Assembly: GCA_964571795.1 (NCBI GenBank)
Contig: CAZNDK010000003.1
Location: 74,644 to 138,643, forward strand
Origin: an uncultured Gemmatimonadaceae bacterium
Lineage (GTDB): Bacteria > Gemmatimonadota > Gemmatimonadetes > Gemmatimonadales > GWC2-71-9
Length of the DNA: 64,000 nucleotides
Reading direction: 5' to 3'
In this document: one piece after another, positions 7,575 to 14,792 of the stretch
Layout: the number at the start of each line of letters is the position of its first letter
Numbering within the stretch: the stretch's first letter is position 1
Program-made: the position numbers and the translations under genes
The notes under the pieces: generated by a model
Seen by the model: only the letters and a program-made list of their open reading frames with translations
Told to the model about the DNA's origin: nothing
The model's database searches: none

Positions 7575-8631
7575 CCTGCCGACGGTCCTGGTTGCCGACG
7601 ACAGCGCGCTGATCCGGCGCCTCCTGACGGAGATCATCGACGGCTCGGGCGAGTTCCGCGTGGTGGCCACGGCACGGCACGGGCTCGACGCGCTCCGCAA
7701 GGTGCACGAATACCAGCCCGACCTGGTCACGATGGACCTCGAGATGCCGGAGCTCGACGGCCTCGGCGCCATCGGGTACCTGATGTCCGAGGCCCCGCGC
7801 CCGGTCGTGGTCATCAGTTCGTACGCGGGGCCCGGCACCGCCGGGGCCATCCGCGCGCTGGAGCTCGGCGCGGTGGAGCTGGTGGCCAAGGAGGCGGGCC
7901 GGGACGACGAGTCGCGGGGCCGCTTCTCCGCGCGGGTGCTCGAGGCGCTCCGGGCTGCGCGCGCCGCCGATATCCATCGGATGCCGATGCTGGCCCGGCC
8001 GCACCGGCCCGACCTGCCGGCCGATTCGTTCGCGCTGCCGGGGCGCGCCCGCTTCTGCGTGGCGATCGCCGCCTCGACCGGCGGCCCGCGGGCGCTCGCG
8101 GAGGTCATTCCGCACATCGCGCGCGGGCACCAGGCGGCGGTGGTGGTCGTGCAGCACATGCCGCCCCGCTTCACGCGCAGCCTGGCCGAGCGTCTCGCGG
8201 TGCAGAGCGACCTGGCGGTGGTCGAGGGCGAGCACGGCGCCCCGCTCGTGTCGGACACCGCGTACATAGCGCCGGGGGATTATCATATGCGAGTGACGGA
8301 CGGACCCGACGGCATCGCGCTCGCGCTCGACCAGGGACCGCCGCTCTGGGGCGTGCGGCCTGCCGCCGATCCGCTGTTTCGGTCCGTGGCCCAGCTGTTC
8401 GGGCGGCGCGCCGTGGGCGTGGTCCTCACCGGGCTCGGGCGCGATGGCGCGGAAGGGCTCCGGCAAATTCACGACGCCGGCGGCAAGGGCATCGCGCAGG
8501 ACCGCGGGAGCTCCACCATCTTCGGTATGCCCAACGCGGCGCAGCTCGCCGGCGGGGCCGACCTGGTGCTCCCGGTCGGCGAGGTCGGCGCCCGCGTCAC
8601 GGCGCTGCTGGCCCGGATGAACCTCGCGTGA
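7567..8631 (+). CDS. cheB: Chemotaxis response regulator protein-glutamate methylesterase CheB (start codon unresolved)
   Basis: Receiver domain ([34 protein letters not shown]) plus esterase triad contexts ([33 protein letters not shown]). The first canonical start, GTG 7660, would delete receiver strand 1 and the DD pair. The frame is open from 7564 with only ATC 7567 (6 nt after GGAG) or CTG 7576/7588 as possible starts. Confidence 0.8.
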   Translation: MSSLPTVLVADDSALIRRLLTEIIDGSGEFRVVATARHGLDALRKVHEYQPDLVTMDLEMPELDGLGAIGYLMSEAPRPVVVISSYAGPGTAGAIRALELGAVELVAKEAGRDDESRGRFSARVLEALRAARAADIHRMPMLARPHRPDLPADSFALPGRARFCVAIAASTGGPRALAEVIPHIARGHQAAVVVVQHMPPRFTRSLAERLAVQSDLAVVEGEHGAPLVSDTAYIAPGDYHMRVTDGPDGIALALDQGPPLWGVRPAADPLFRSVAQLFGRRAVGVVLTGLGRDGAEGLRQIHDAGGKGIAQDRGSSTIFGMPNAAQLAGGADLVLPVGEVGARVTALLARMNLA

Positions 8632-9065
8632 CCGCCGTCGGCACGTGCCAGTACCTGCTGGTCCACGCCGGCGGACGCCCGATCGGGCTCGAGGTGGCCG
8701 AGGTGCTGGAGGTCGTCGACCTCTCGGCCACGTTCGCCGTGCCCACCCACGAGCCGGCGCTCCGCGGCGTGGTGGCCGTGCGCGAACGCCTCGTGCCGGT
8801 GGTGAACCTGTCGGCCGTGCTCTGGGGCGACTCCGCGCCGGCCGTCCGTGGCGAGGTGGGCGTGCTCGCGCGGGCGGGCCGCCAGCGCATCTGCCTCGAG
8901 GTGGACAGTGCGGAGGCGGTGCTCGCCGAAGACGTGGTGCCGGTGCCCGCCGGCGAGTCGCTCCCGTGGGCCATGGGAGTCGCCCGCCGCGACGGGGCGC
9001 TGGTCCCGATCCTTGACCTCAAAGCCCTGGGAGCCCGGCTCCTGGGAGGGAAGAGCGGTGCATGA
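8628..9065 (+). CDS. cheW: CheW-like coupling protein
   Basis: 145 aa with a CheW-like pattern ([57 protein letters not shown]). GTGA overlap with the cheB stop. Confidence 0.7.
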   Translation: MTAVGTCQYLLVHAGGRPIGLEVAEVLEVVDLSATFAVPTHEPALRGVVAVRERLVPVVNLSAVLWGDSAPAVRGEVGVLARAGRQRICLEVDSAEAVLAEDVVPVPAGESLPWAMGVARRDGALVPILDLKALGARLLGGKSGA

Positions 9066-9523
9066 CGACCGGCGATGACATCCAGGTGGTGATCTTCCAG
9101 GGCGGCACGCAGGAGTTCGCCCTCGAGATTTCCCAGGTGGACCGAATCCTCCGCTACCAGCAGCCGTCGGCGGTGCCGAGCGCGCCCGACTTCCTCGAGG
9201 GCGTCCTGCCGTACGGCGGCGGTGTCGTGCCGGTGGTGGACCTTCGGAAACGCCTCGGGGTCGAGGCCCGCCAGCAGGACGAGACCCGGGTCATGATCGT
9301 CACCATGGACGGGCAGCGGGTCGGGATGATCGTGGACGGCGTCCGCGAGGTGCTGCGCATCGACAGTCGCCGGATCGCCGCCCCGCCGGCCATGGTGCGG
9401 GGCCTGGCGGCCAAGTACATCGCCGGCGTCCTCACCCTCGAGGGCCGCACCGTAATCCTGTTGCAGGCGGGTCGGTTGTTCAGCGGCGAGGAGCGCCTGC
9501 AACTCGAGGCCGCCGCCACGTGA
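9062..9523 (+). CDS. cheW: CheW coupling protein
   Basis: 153 aa with the classical CheW pattern (VVIFQGGTQEFALEISQVDRILRY..PDFLEGVLPYGGGVVPVVDLRKRLG..VGMIVDGVREVLRI). ATGA overlap. Confidence 0.85.
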   Translation: MTTGDDIQVVIFQGGTQEFALEISQVDRILRYQQPSAVPSAPDFLEGVLPYGGGVVPVVDLRKRLGVEARQQDETRVMIVTMDGQRVGMIVDGVREVLRIDSRRIAAPPAMVRGLAAKYIAGVLTLEGRTVILLQAGRLFSGEERLQLEAAAT

Positions 9524-10392
9524 CGGAGGGCTGGCTCACGGCCCTGCGCGACGAATACGCCGCCCTTGCCGCGCGACTGGGCAAGGCGCCGGCCGGGGCG
9601 GAGCGCCAGGCCATCAAGCGGGACATCATCGCCTACTTCAAGAGGGTGGACGGCACGCTCGGGGAGCTTGCGGCGCTCAAGGAGCAGATCCGCGCCCTCG
9701 TCGAGCAGTACAAGCAGCTGGCGGCCGACGCCGAGGACACCGAGGCGCCGCAATTCACCGGCGCCCGGCCGGTGGTGCACGCCGATCACCTCGGCGCATC
9801 GACCTACATCGAGAAGGGCTGGAGCCTGATATCGCTCGGCGACTTTCCCGGCGCCATCCAGGCCCTGGGCAAGGCGCTCGCCCTCTCCCCCGACGACACG
9901 CAGGCGCTCTCCCTGCTCGGCTGGGCTCAGATGCTCGCCGAAGAGTACGACGAGGCGCTCGGCACCTTCTCGAAGGTCCTCATGCGGGAGCCGGCGAATG
10001 CGCTGGCCCGAATCAACGTCGGCTACATCTGCCTCAAGAAGCGCATCTTCGGCGAGGCGATTGAGCATCTCTCCCGCGCCATCCGCCTCGACAACGACCG
10101 GAAGGCCACCCTCTACGCGCACTTCTACCTGGGGCTCGTCTACCAGGAACGCGAGATGTACGAGGACGCGGACGCCTTCTTCCGCAAGGCGCTGGCCCTG
10201 GGCCCCAACCTGATCGAGGCCTACTACGAACTGGGCCGGTCGCTCTGGTTCATGGGACGGAAGGACGACGCGAAGCAGGCCTGGACCGACGGACACAAGG
10301 CCAACAAGTTCAACCCGTGGGGCAAGCGTTGCCGCGAACTGCTCGACCTCGCGGCCGCCGGAGGGGACATCCCTCGACGTTCTCCAGCCTGA
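9520..10392 (+). CDS. Coiled-coil + TPR-repeat protein
   Basis: N-terminal heptad-like segment (GELAALKEQIRALVEQYKQLAAD), then TPR repeats (YIEKGWSLISLGDFPGAIQALGKALALSPDD; ALSLLGWAQMLAEEYDEALGTFSKVLMREP; HFYLGLVYQEREMYEDADAFFRKALALGPN). GTGA overlap with cheW. Confidence 0.7.
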   Translation: MTEGWLTALRDEYAALAARLGKAPAGAERQAIKRDIIAYFKRVDGTLGELAALKEQIRALVEQYKQLAADAEDTEAPQFTGARPVVHADHLGASTYIEKGWSLISLGDFPGAIQALGKALALSPDDTQALSLLGWAQMLAEEYDEALGTFSKVLMREPANALARINVGYICLKKRIFGEAIEHLSRAIRLDNDRKATLYAHFYLGLVYQEREMYEDADAFFRKALALGPNLIEAYYELGRSLWFMGRKDDAKQAWTDGHKANKFNPWGKRCRELLDLAAAGGDIPRRSPA

Positions 10393-11321
10393 TACTCGCT
10401 GTCGCGCTCCTGCAGGGACAACCGACCGCCACGACGGTGGGGCGCGTCACGGCGGTCGCCTGGCCCGCCGACGCGGCGATGGCCGCCGGGCTGGCGGAAC
10501 TCGCGGACCAACCGGCCACGTGGCCCGGACTCGGGCAGCGAGACCTCGGTGAACTCCGGCTGGTCGTCACCTCCGATTCCCAAAGCTTCCGCGAGTTCAC
10601 GCGGGGCCGGCTCCCCGGCTGGGGCGCCGGTGCGGCCTTCCCCGGCGGGCGCACCATCGTGCTCCGCGCCGACGCGGGCGACGTGGTGGGGACCCTGCGC
10701 CACGAGCTCGCGCACCTGGCGCTTCATCAGGCGGTCCGGGGGCGCGTGCCGCTCTGGTTCGACGAGGGCTACGCAACCGTGGCGAGCGGCCAGTGGGACA
10801 TCTTCGACCGGCTCGGCGTGAACCTGGCCGTGGCGAGGGGCGCCACACCAGGGTTGCGGGAGCTCGACGGGGCGCTCCGCGCGTCCCAGATGTCGGCCGA
10901 TGCCGCCTACGCGCTGGCGGCCACGGCGGTCCTCGAATTGGCCCGGCGGAACCCGACCGGCACGCTCGATCCGCTCTTTGAGCGGCTCGAGGCCGGCACC
11001 GGATTCGACGAGGCGGTGCTCGCGACCACCGGCTTGAGCCTGGATCGGTTCGACGAACTGTGGCGCCGCAGCGTCCGGTTGCGGTTCGGGTTGGTCACGT
11101 GGATGCTCGGCACGGGGCTCTGGATCGTCATGGCGGCCCTGCTTGCCATCGGGTACGAGGCTCGACGCCGCCGGGACCTGCCGAGGAGGGCGGCACTGGA
11201 CGTCGGGTGGGTGGTCGAGCCGGAGGAGCCCCCGGCCGACCTTCCAGGTCAGGACACCGGCGGCCCGGAAGTGCCCCCAAATGAGGCCGGCCCGCTTGAC
11301 CATGGGCGCACTCCCGGCTAG
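10317..11321 (+). CDS. Putative MA-clan (HExxH) metallopeptidase-like membrane-anchored protein
   Basis: HELAH motif followed by WFDEGYA (a possible third zinc ligand Glu). The N-terminus is signal-like (RRRGHPSTFSSLILAVALLQG) and there is a C-terminal TM segment (LVTWMLGTGLWIVMAALLAIGY). The start is uncertain: GTG 10317 overlaps the upstream gene by 76 nt, and GTG 10437 is the alternative. Confidence 0.55.
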   Translation: MGQALPRTARPRGRRRGHPSTFSSLILAVALLQGQPTATTVGRVTAVAWPADAAMAAGLAELADQPATWPGLGQRDLGELRLVVTSDSQSFREFTRGRLPGWGAGAAFPGGRTIVLRADAGDVVGTLRHELAHLALHQAVRGRVPLWFDEGYATVASGQWDIFDRLGVNLAVARGATPGLRELDGALRASQMSADAAYALAATAVLELARRNPTGTLDPLFERLEAGTGFDEAVLATTGLSLDRFDELWRRSVRLRFGLVTWMLGTGLWIVMAALLAIGYEARRRRDLPRRAALDVGWVVEPEEPPADLPGQDTGGPEVPPNEAGPLDHGRTPG

Positions 11322-11333
11322 CGTTCTCCGCTT

Positions 11334-11525
11334 ATGCCCGAACCATCAAAGGTCACGAAGGCGCGTGCTATCCCGCTGGGGCCTCGCAACTTGGCCCTCC
11401 TCGCGGCCGGAGTCGTCTCGCTCGTGGCGGGATACTTGCTCCTCGCTTCCGGAAGCACCAGCCTTGCTGCGGTGTTGCTGGTCCTCGGCTACTGCGTCCT
11501 TCTCCCATTGGGAATCGCGCTCTAG
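11334..11525 (+). CDS. Small two-TM membrane protein (DUF3098-like pattern)
   Basis: 63 aa with two hydrophobic spans (NLALLAAGVVSLVAGYLLLA; LAAVLLVLGYCVLLPLGIAL). GC3-rich codon usage is consistent with real coding. Confidence 0.45.
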   Translation: MPEPSKVTKARAIPLGPRNLALLAAGVVSLVAGYLLLASGSTSLAAVLLVLGYCVLLPLGIAL

Positions 11526-11550
11526 CCCGGGCCATCCCGGTCGCGCGACC

Positions 11551-11624
11551 GGGCGAATAGCTCAGCTGGTTAGAGCGCCTGCCTTACACGCAGGATGTCG
11601 GGGGTTCGAGTCCCTCTTCGCCCA
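11551..11624 (+). tRNA. tRNA-Val (anticodon TAC)
   Basis: Manual cloverleaf: acceptor GGGCGAA/TTCGCCC, D arm GCTC..GAGC, anticodon stem CCTGC/GCAGG with loop CTTACAC, T arm GGGGG-TTCGAGT-CCCTC, discriminator A. CCA is not encoded. Confidence 0.9.
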
Positions 11625-11690
11625 TGGGGCCGCGCGAGCCGCGGTCTGGTCGGTACCCGCACTCTGTTCCGTTCTCTGGAGGCCGCAGGA

Positions 11691-13403
11691 ATGCGCCTGA
11701 ATCGCCTGGTCCCGGTTGTCGCCCTCGGTCTCCTCGGCGCCTTGCCCGCCGGCGCGCAGATCCCCTCGGGCGCACGGCGCCTCGGCGCGCCCGCGGTGGC
11801 GTCGCCCAAGCTGCTGGTTGCTACGCCCTACGCGTTCGTCGAGGGCGATTCGGCCATGGCGGTCGAGGTGGGCAACGCGCTCCGTGTCCGGATGGAAAAG
11901 GTGGCCGGCACCACCTACCGCGTCGTGCCGCTGAAGCAAATGCAGTCCGCGCTCGCCCAGTACGGCTATCCGGTCGATGCCCTCCTGCAGCCGGTGGTGG
12001 CGCGCCGTTTCGCTCTCGAACTGCAGGCGCGGGTCATGCTGACCTCCTCGCTCGCCAAGAACGAGTCCGGCGTGTACGTCATCACCGCCCGGTTGGCCGG
12101 GGTCAACGACGATGCCGGCAACGTGGTCGTGGTCCGCCAGACCGCGGGGCAGACGGCCAAGCAGCTCGGCGAGGCCGTGGCCGATCTCTTCAGCCCCGCC
12201 GTGAAGTCGGCCGATGAGGCCAAGATGTGCGTGGACGAGCGCGCCACCAAGCCGGACAAGGCGGCCGATGCCGCCAAGAAGGCGATCGCCATCCTGCCCA
12301 CGAACGGTCTCGCCCAGTTCTGCCTCGCGCAGCTCGCGATGGACCGGAAGGCGCCGTCCGCCGAGGTCGTCGCGGACCTGCAGGCGGCGGTCAAGGGCGA
12401 TCCGCAGAGCCTCCCGGCGTGGAACGCGCTCGCCCGGGAATACCAGGCCGCGAACGACAGCGCCAACGTCATCGATGCCTACCAGCACATGCTGCTGGCG
12501 GCGCCGACCAACCAGCCCCTCCGCGAAACGGCCTTCAAGCTCTTCCTTCAGTACGGCCGCCCGGACGCTGCCGTCGAGGTGGCCAAGGAAGGCCTGAAGC
12601 TGGACCCGTCCAACGCCGACCTGTGGGACCTGCTCAGCAATGCCTACGCGACGGCCGGAGACTATCCGCAGGCCATCCAGTCCCTCGAGCACGTCTATCT
12701 CGAGGCGCCGGACCGCGCCGACTCGACGTACTTCCTCAAGATCACGGTCTTCGCGGCGGCCCAGCCCGACACGGCCGCCCTGCTCAAGTGGGCCCGACTC
12801 GGCGTGGACAAGTACCCGGACAATTCGGCGCTGCTTGGCCAGCTGGTCACGGCCTACGGCCTGACCGGCCCCGCCGACAGCCTGGTCGCGGTCACCAGCC
12901 GGCTCATCGTGCTCGACCCGACCGCCGTAGCGCCCGCACTCTCCGCCGCCAAGGTGCTCGGCGAGCAGAAGCGGATCACCGAGGCCATGCTCTTCACCGA
13001 CTTCGCCATCCAGCATGGCGACGCGCAGGAAAAGGAGAGCGCCGCCGCCATCCTGACGAACGGGGCGCTGCCGCTCCTCCAGCCGGCGGAGCAGAACCTC
13101 CCGCTGGCGGCCGACGTGTTGCGCCGGGCGGTGGGGGCAGCGGCTCCCGACGGCCGTGTGGCCCCGACCGCCAACTACCTGCTCGGCCTGGCCACGTTCT
13201 ATCAGGTTCCGGCCATCGACAAGCAGGCCGAGGCCACCAAGTCGTGCGAGCTGGCACGCAAGGAAGAGGGGCTCCTGGCGGAAGCGGAGAAGGGATTCAC
13301 CCTCGGCGCGGCCACGAAGCCGGCGGACGCGGCCAAGAATCTCGACTTCATCAACCAGTTCAAGCCGCGAGTGGCCTCGATGATCAAGGCCTACTGCCAG
13401 TAG
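11691..13403 (+). CDS. Secreted TPR-repeat protein
   Basis: Signal peptide MRLNRLVPVVALGLLGALPAGAQ. The rest is a long Ala/Leu-rich helical repeat protein with TPR-like units (PAWNALAREYQAANDSANVIDAYQHMLLAAPTN; ADLWDLLSNAYATAGDYPQAIQSLEHVYLEAPD). The track ORF start at 11595 would overlap tRNA-Val and is rejected. Confidence 0.7.
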   Translation: MRLNRLVPVVALGLLGALPAGAQIPSGARRLGAPAVASPKLLVATPYAFVEGDSAMAVEVGNALRVRMEKVAGTTYRVVPLKQMQSALAQYGYPVDALLQPVVARRFALELQARVMLTSSLAKNESGVYVITARLAGVNDDAGNVVVVRQTAGQTAKQLGEAVADLFSPAVKSADEAKMCVDERATKPDKAADAAKKAIAILPTNGLAQFCLAQLAMDRKAPSAEVVADLQAAVKGDPQSLPAWNALAREYQAANDSANVIDAYQHMLLAAPTNQPLRETAFKLFLQYGRPDAAVEVAKEGLKLDPSNADLWDLLSNAYATAGDYPQAIQSLEHVYLEAPDRADSTYFLKITVFAAAQPDTAALLKWARLGVDKYPDNSALLGQLVTAYGLTGPADSLVAVTSRLIVLDPTAVAPALSAAKVLGEQKRITEAMLFTDFAIQHGDAQEKESAAAILTNGALPLLQPAEQNLPLAADVLRRAVGAAAPDGRVAPTANYLLGLATFYQVPAIDKQAEATKSCELARKEEGLLAEAEKGFTLGAATKPADAAKNLDFINQFKPRVASMIKAYCQ

Positions 13404-13449
13404 GCCTTCCACCCGGACGCGCCCCCGGTTATTATGGTGCGCTGCATCG

Positions 13450-13524
13450 GGGGCTGTAGCTCAGCTTGGTTAGAGTGCCGCACTGTCACTGCGGAGGTCG
13501 CGGGTTCGAGCCCCGTCAGCCCCG
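13450..13524 (+). tRNA. tRNA-Asp (anticodon GTC)
   Basis: Manual cloverleaf: acceptor GGGGCTG/CAGCCCC, anticodon stem CCGCA/TGCGG with loop CTGTCAC, T arm GCGGG-TTCGAGC-CCCGT, discriminator G. Confidence 0.9.
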
Positions 13525-13540
13525 CTCCCGGATTACCCGG

Positions 13541-13576
13541 CACCCCGTTCGCCCTGGCGGACGGGGTGTTCTCTTT
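13541..13576 (+). terminator. Intrinsic terminator after tRNA-Asp
   Basis: About a 12-bp stem (CACCCCGTTCGC / GCGGACGGGGTG, including one G-U pair) around the tetraloop CCTG, followed by TTCTCTTT. Confidence 0.6.
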
Positions 13577-13600
13577 GGACGCTGCCTCCCAGGACATCCG

Positions 13601-14509
13601 GTGACCGAATTCCACCTCCCCGTCCTCCGCGACGCCGTGCTCCAGGTGGCGTCCGGCGCGCGACGCGCCGTCGACGCCACACTGGGCGACGGCGGGCACG
13701 CGGCCGTGCTGCGAGGCGCGGGCGCGGAGGTGCTCGGCATCGACCGGGATCCCGAGGCGATCGCGCGGGCCCGCGAGCGCCTCGGCACCGACGGCATCCG
13801 CTACCTCAACGCGCCCTACGCCTCGGCCGAGGCGCTGGCGGCGGTGGACGATTTCCACCCCGACTTCATCCTGCTCGACCTCGGCGTGTCGTCACGGCAG
13901 CTCGACGACGAGGCCCTGGGGTTCACCTTCCGCCGGGGCGCCGCGCTCGACATGCGGATGTCCCGCGCCGGGCCCACCGCGGCGGATCTCCTCAATCATG
14001 CGCCCGCCGCCGAGCTCGCCGCCGTCTTCAAGGACTTCGGCGACGAACCGCGGGCCCGACGCCTCGCGGATGAGGTCGTGCGGCGCCGAGCCCAGGCGCC
14101 GTTCATGGTCAGCGACGATTTCGTGAACGCCATCCGGGGGGTGCTCGGCGCCCGCTCGGGGCCGGGCGACTTCGCGCGGCTCTTTCAGGCGTTGCGCATC
14201 GCCGTCAACGGCGAGCTCTCCGGCCTGTCCGAGGCGCTTCCTGCGTTCCGTGACAGCCTCGCGCCTGGCGGTCATCTCGCGGTGATCAGTTATCATTCGG
14301 GCGAGGATCGGGTGGTGAAGCACGCCTTTCGCGAGTGGGCCACGGCCTGCATCTGCCCACCGGTGCAGCCGGTCTGTACCTGCCGCGGCCGGGCGCTCGG
14401 GCGGCTCTCGCCACGCAAGCCGATACTTCCGTCTCCTGAAGAAGTGGCCACCAACCCCAGGGCGCGGAGCGCGAGGCTCCGCGTATTTCAGGTTGCCGAT
14501 GACGCTTAA
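13601..14509 (+). CDS. rsmH: 16S rRNA (cytosine1402-N4)-methyltransferase RsmH (MraW)
   Basis: Motifs HLPVL, AVDATLGDGGHA, ILLDLGVSSRQLD, ISYHSGEDRVVK. It is the first gene of the dcw cluster. GTG 13601 was chosen because the longer ORF runs through tRNA-Asp. Confidence 0.9.
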   Translation: MTEFHLPVLRDAVLQVASGARRAVDATLGDGGHAAVLRGAGAEVLGIDRDPEAIARARERLGTDGIRYLNAPYASAEALAAVDDFHPDFILLDLGVSSRQLDDEALGFTFRRGAALDMRMSRAGPTAADLLNHAPAAELAAVFKDFGDEPRARRLADEVVRRRAQAPFMVSDDFVNAIRGVLGARSGPGDFARLFQALRIAVNGELSGLSEALPAFRDSLAPGGHLAVISYHSGEDRVVKHAFREWATACICPPVQPVCTCRGRALGRLSPRKPILPSPEEVATNPRARSARLRVFQVADDA

Positions 14510-14792
14510 GGGCCGGCACTGGGTCATGCTCTGGCTCGCCCTCTTCCTCGGCGTGGCGGCCGCGGTGCAGGCGCGCCAGACGGCCAGCTTCCGCACCGCG
14601 CAGCGCCTGGCCGCCCTCCGCCGGGAGCGGGCGACGCTCGAGGCCCGGCAGGCTGATCTGGAGCGGCGGATTCGCGACGCCTCGAGCCGTCCCGTGCTGG
14701 GCCGCATCGCGCAGGAAGACCTGCACCTGCATTTCCCCCGAGACTCCGAACAGGCGCCACTGCCGCTTCCCGCACCCGCCGGGGCCCGCTGA
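14499..14792 (+). CDS. ftsL: Cell division protein FtsL
   Basis: Small bitopic protein with a TM segment (WVMLWLALFLGVAAAV) followed by a coiled coil (LAALRRERATLEARQADLERRIRD). It sits in the canonical position between rsmH and ftsI. Confidence 0.7.
   Translation: MTLKGRHWVMLWLALFLGVAAAVQARQTASFRTAQRLAALRRERATLEARQADLERRIRDASSRPVLGRIAQEDLHLHFPRDSEQAPLPLPAPAGAR

Noticed and set aside
11625-11650. A hairpin after tRNA-Val as an intrinsic terminator.
   Set aside because: It has only a ~5-7 bp stem (CCGCG..CGCGG) with wobble pairs and no downstream T-tract.
11595-11690. N-terminal extension of the secreted TPR ORF (the track start at 11595).
   Set aside because: It would overlap the 3' end of tRNA-Val. 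ATG 11691 gives a clean signal peptide, MRLNRLVPVVALGLLGALPAGAQ.
11551-13524. A tRNA-Val to tRNA-Asp interval as a possible integrated island.
   Set aside because: It contains a single TPR gene with native-looking GC3 codon usage. There is no integrase, no direct repeat of a tRNA 3' end, and no compositional shift.
13466-13600. N-terminal extension of the rsmH ORF (the track start at 13466).
   Set aside because: The extension runs through tRNA-Asp (13450-13524) and its terminator hairpin. The conserved RsmH sequence begins at GTG 13601.
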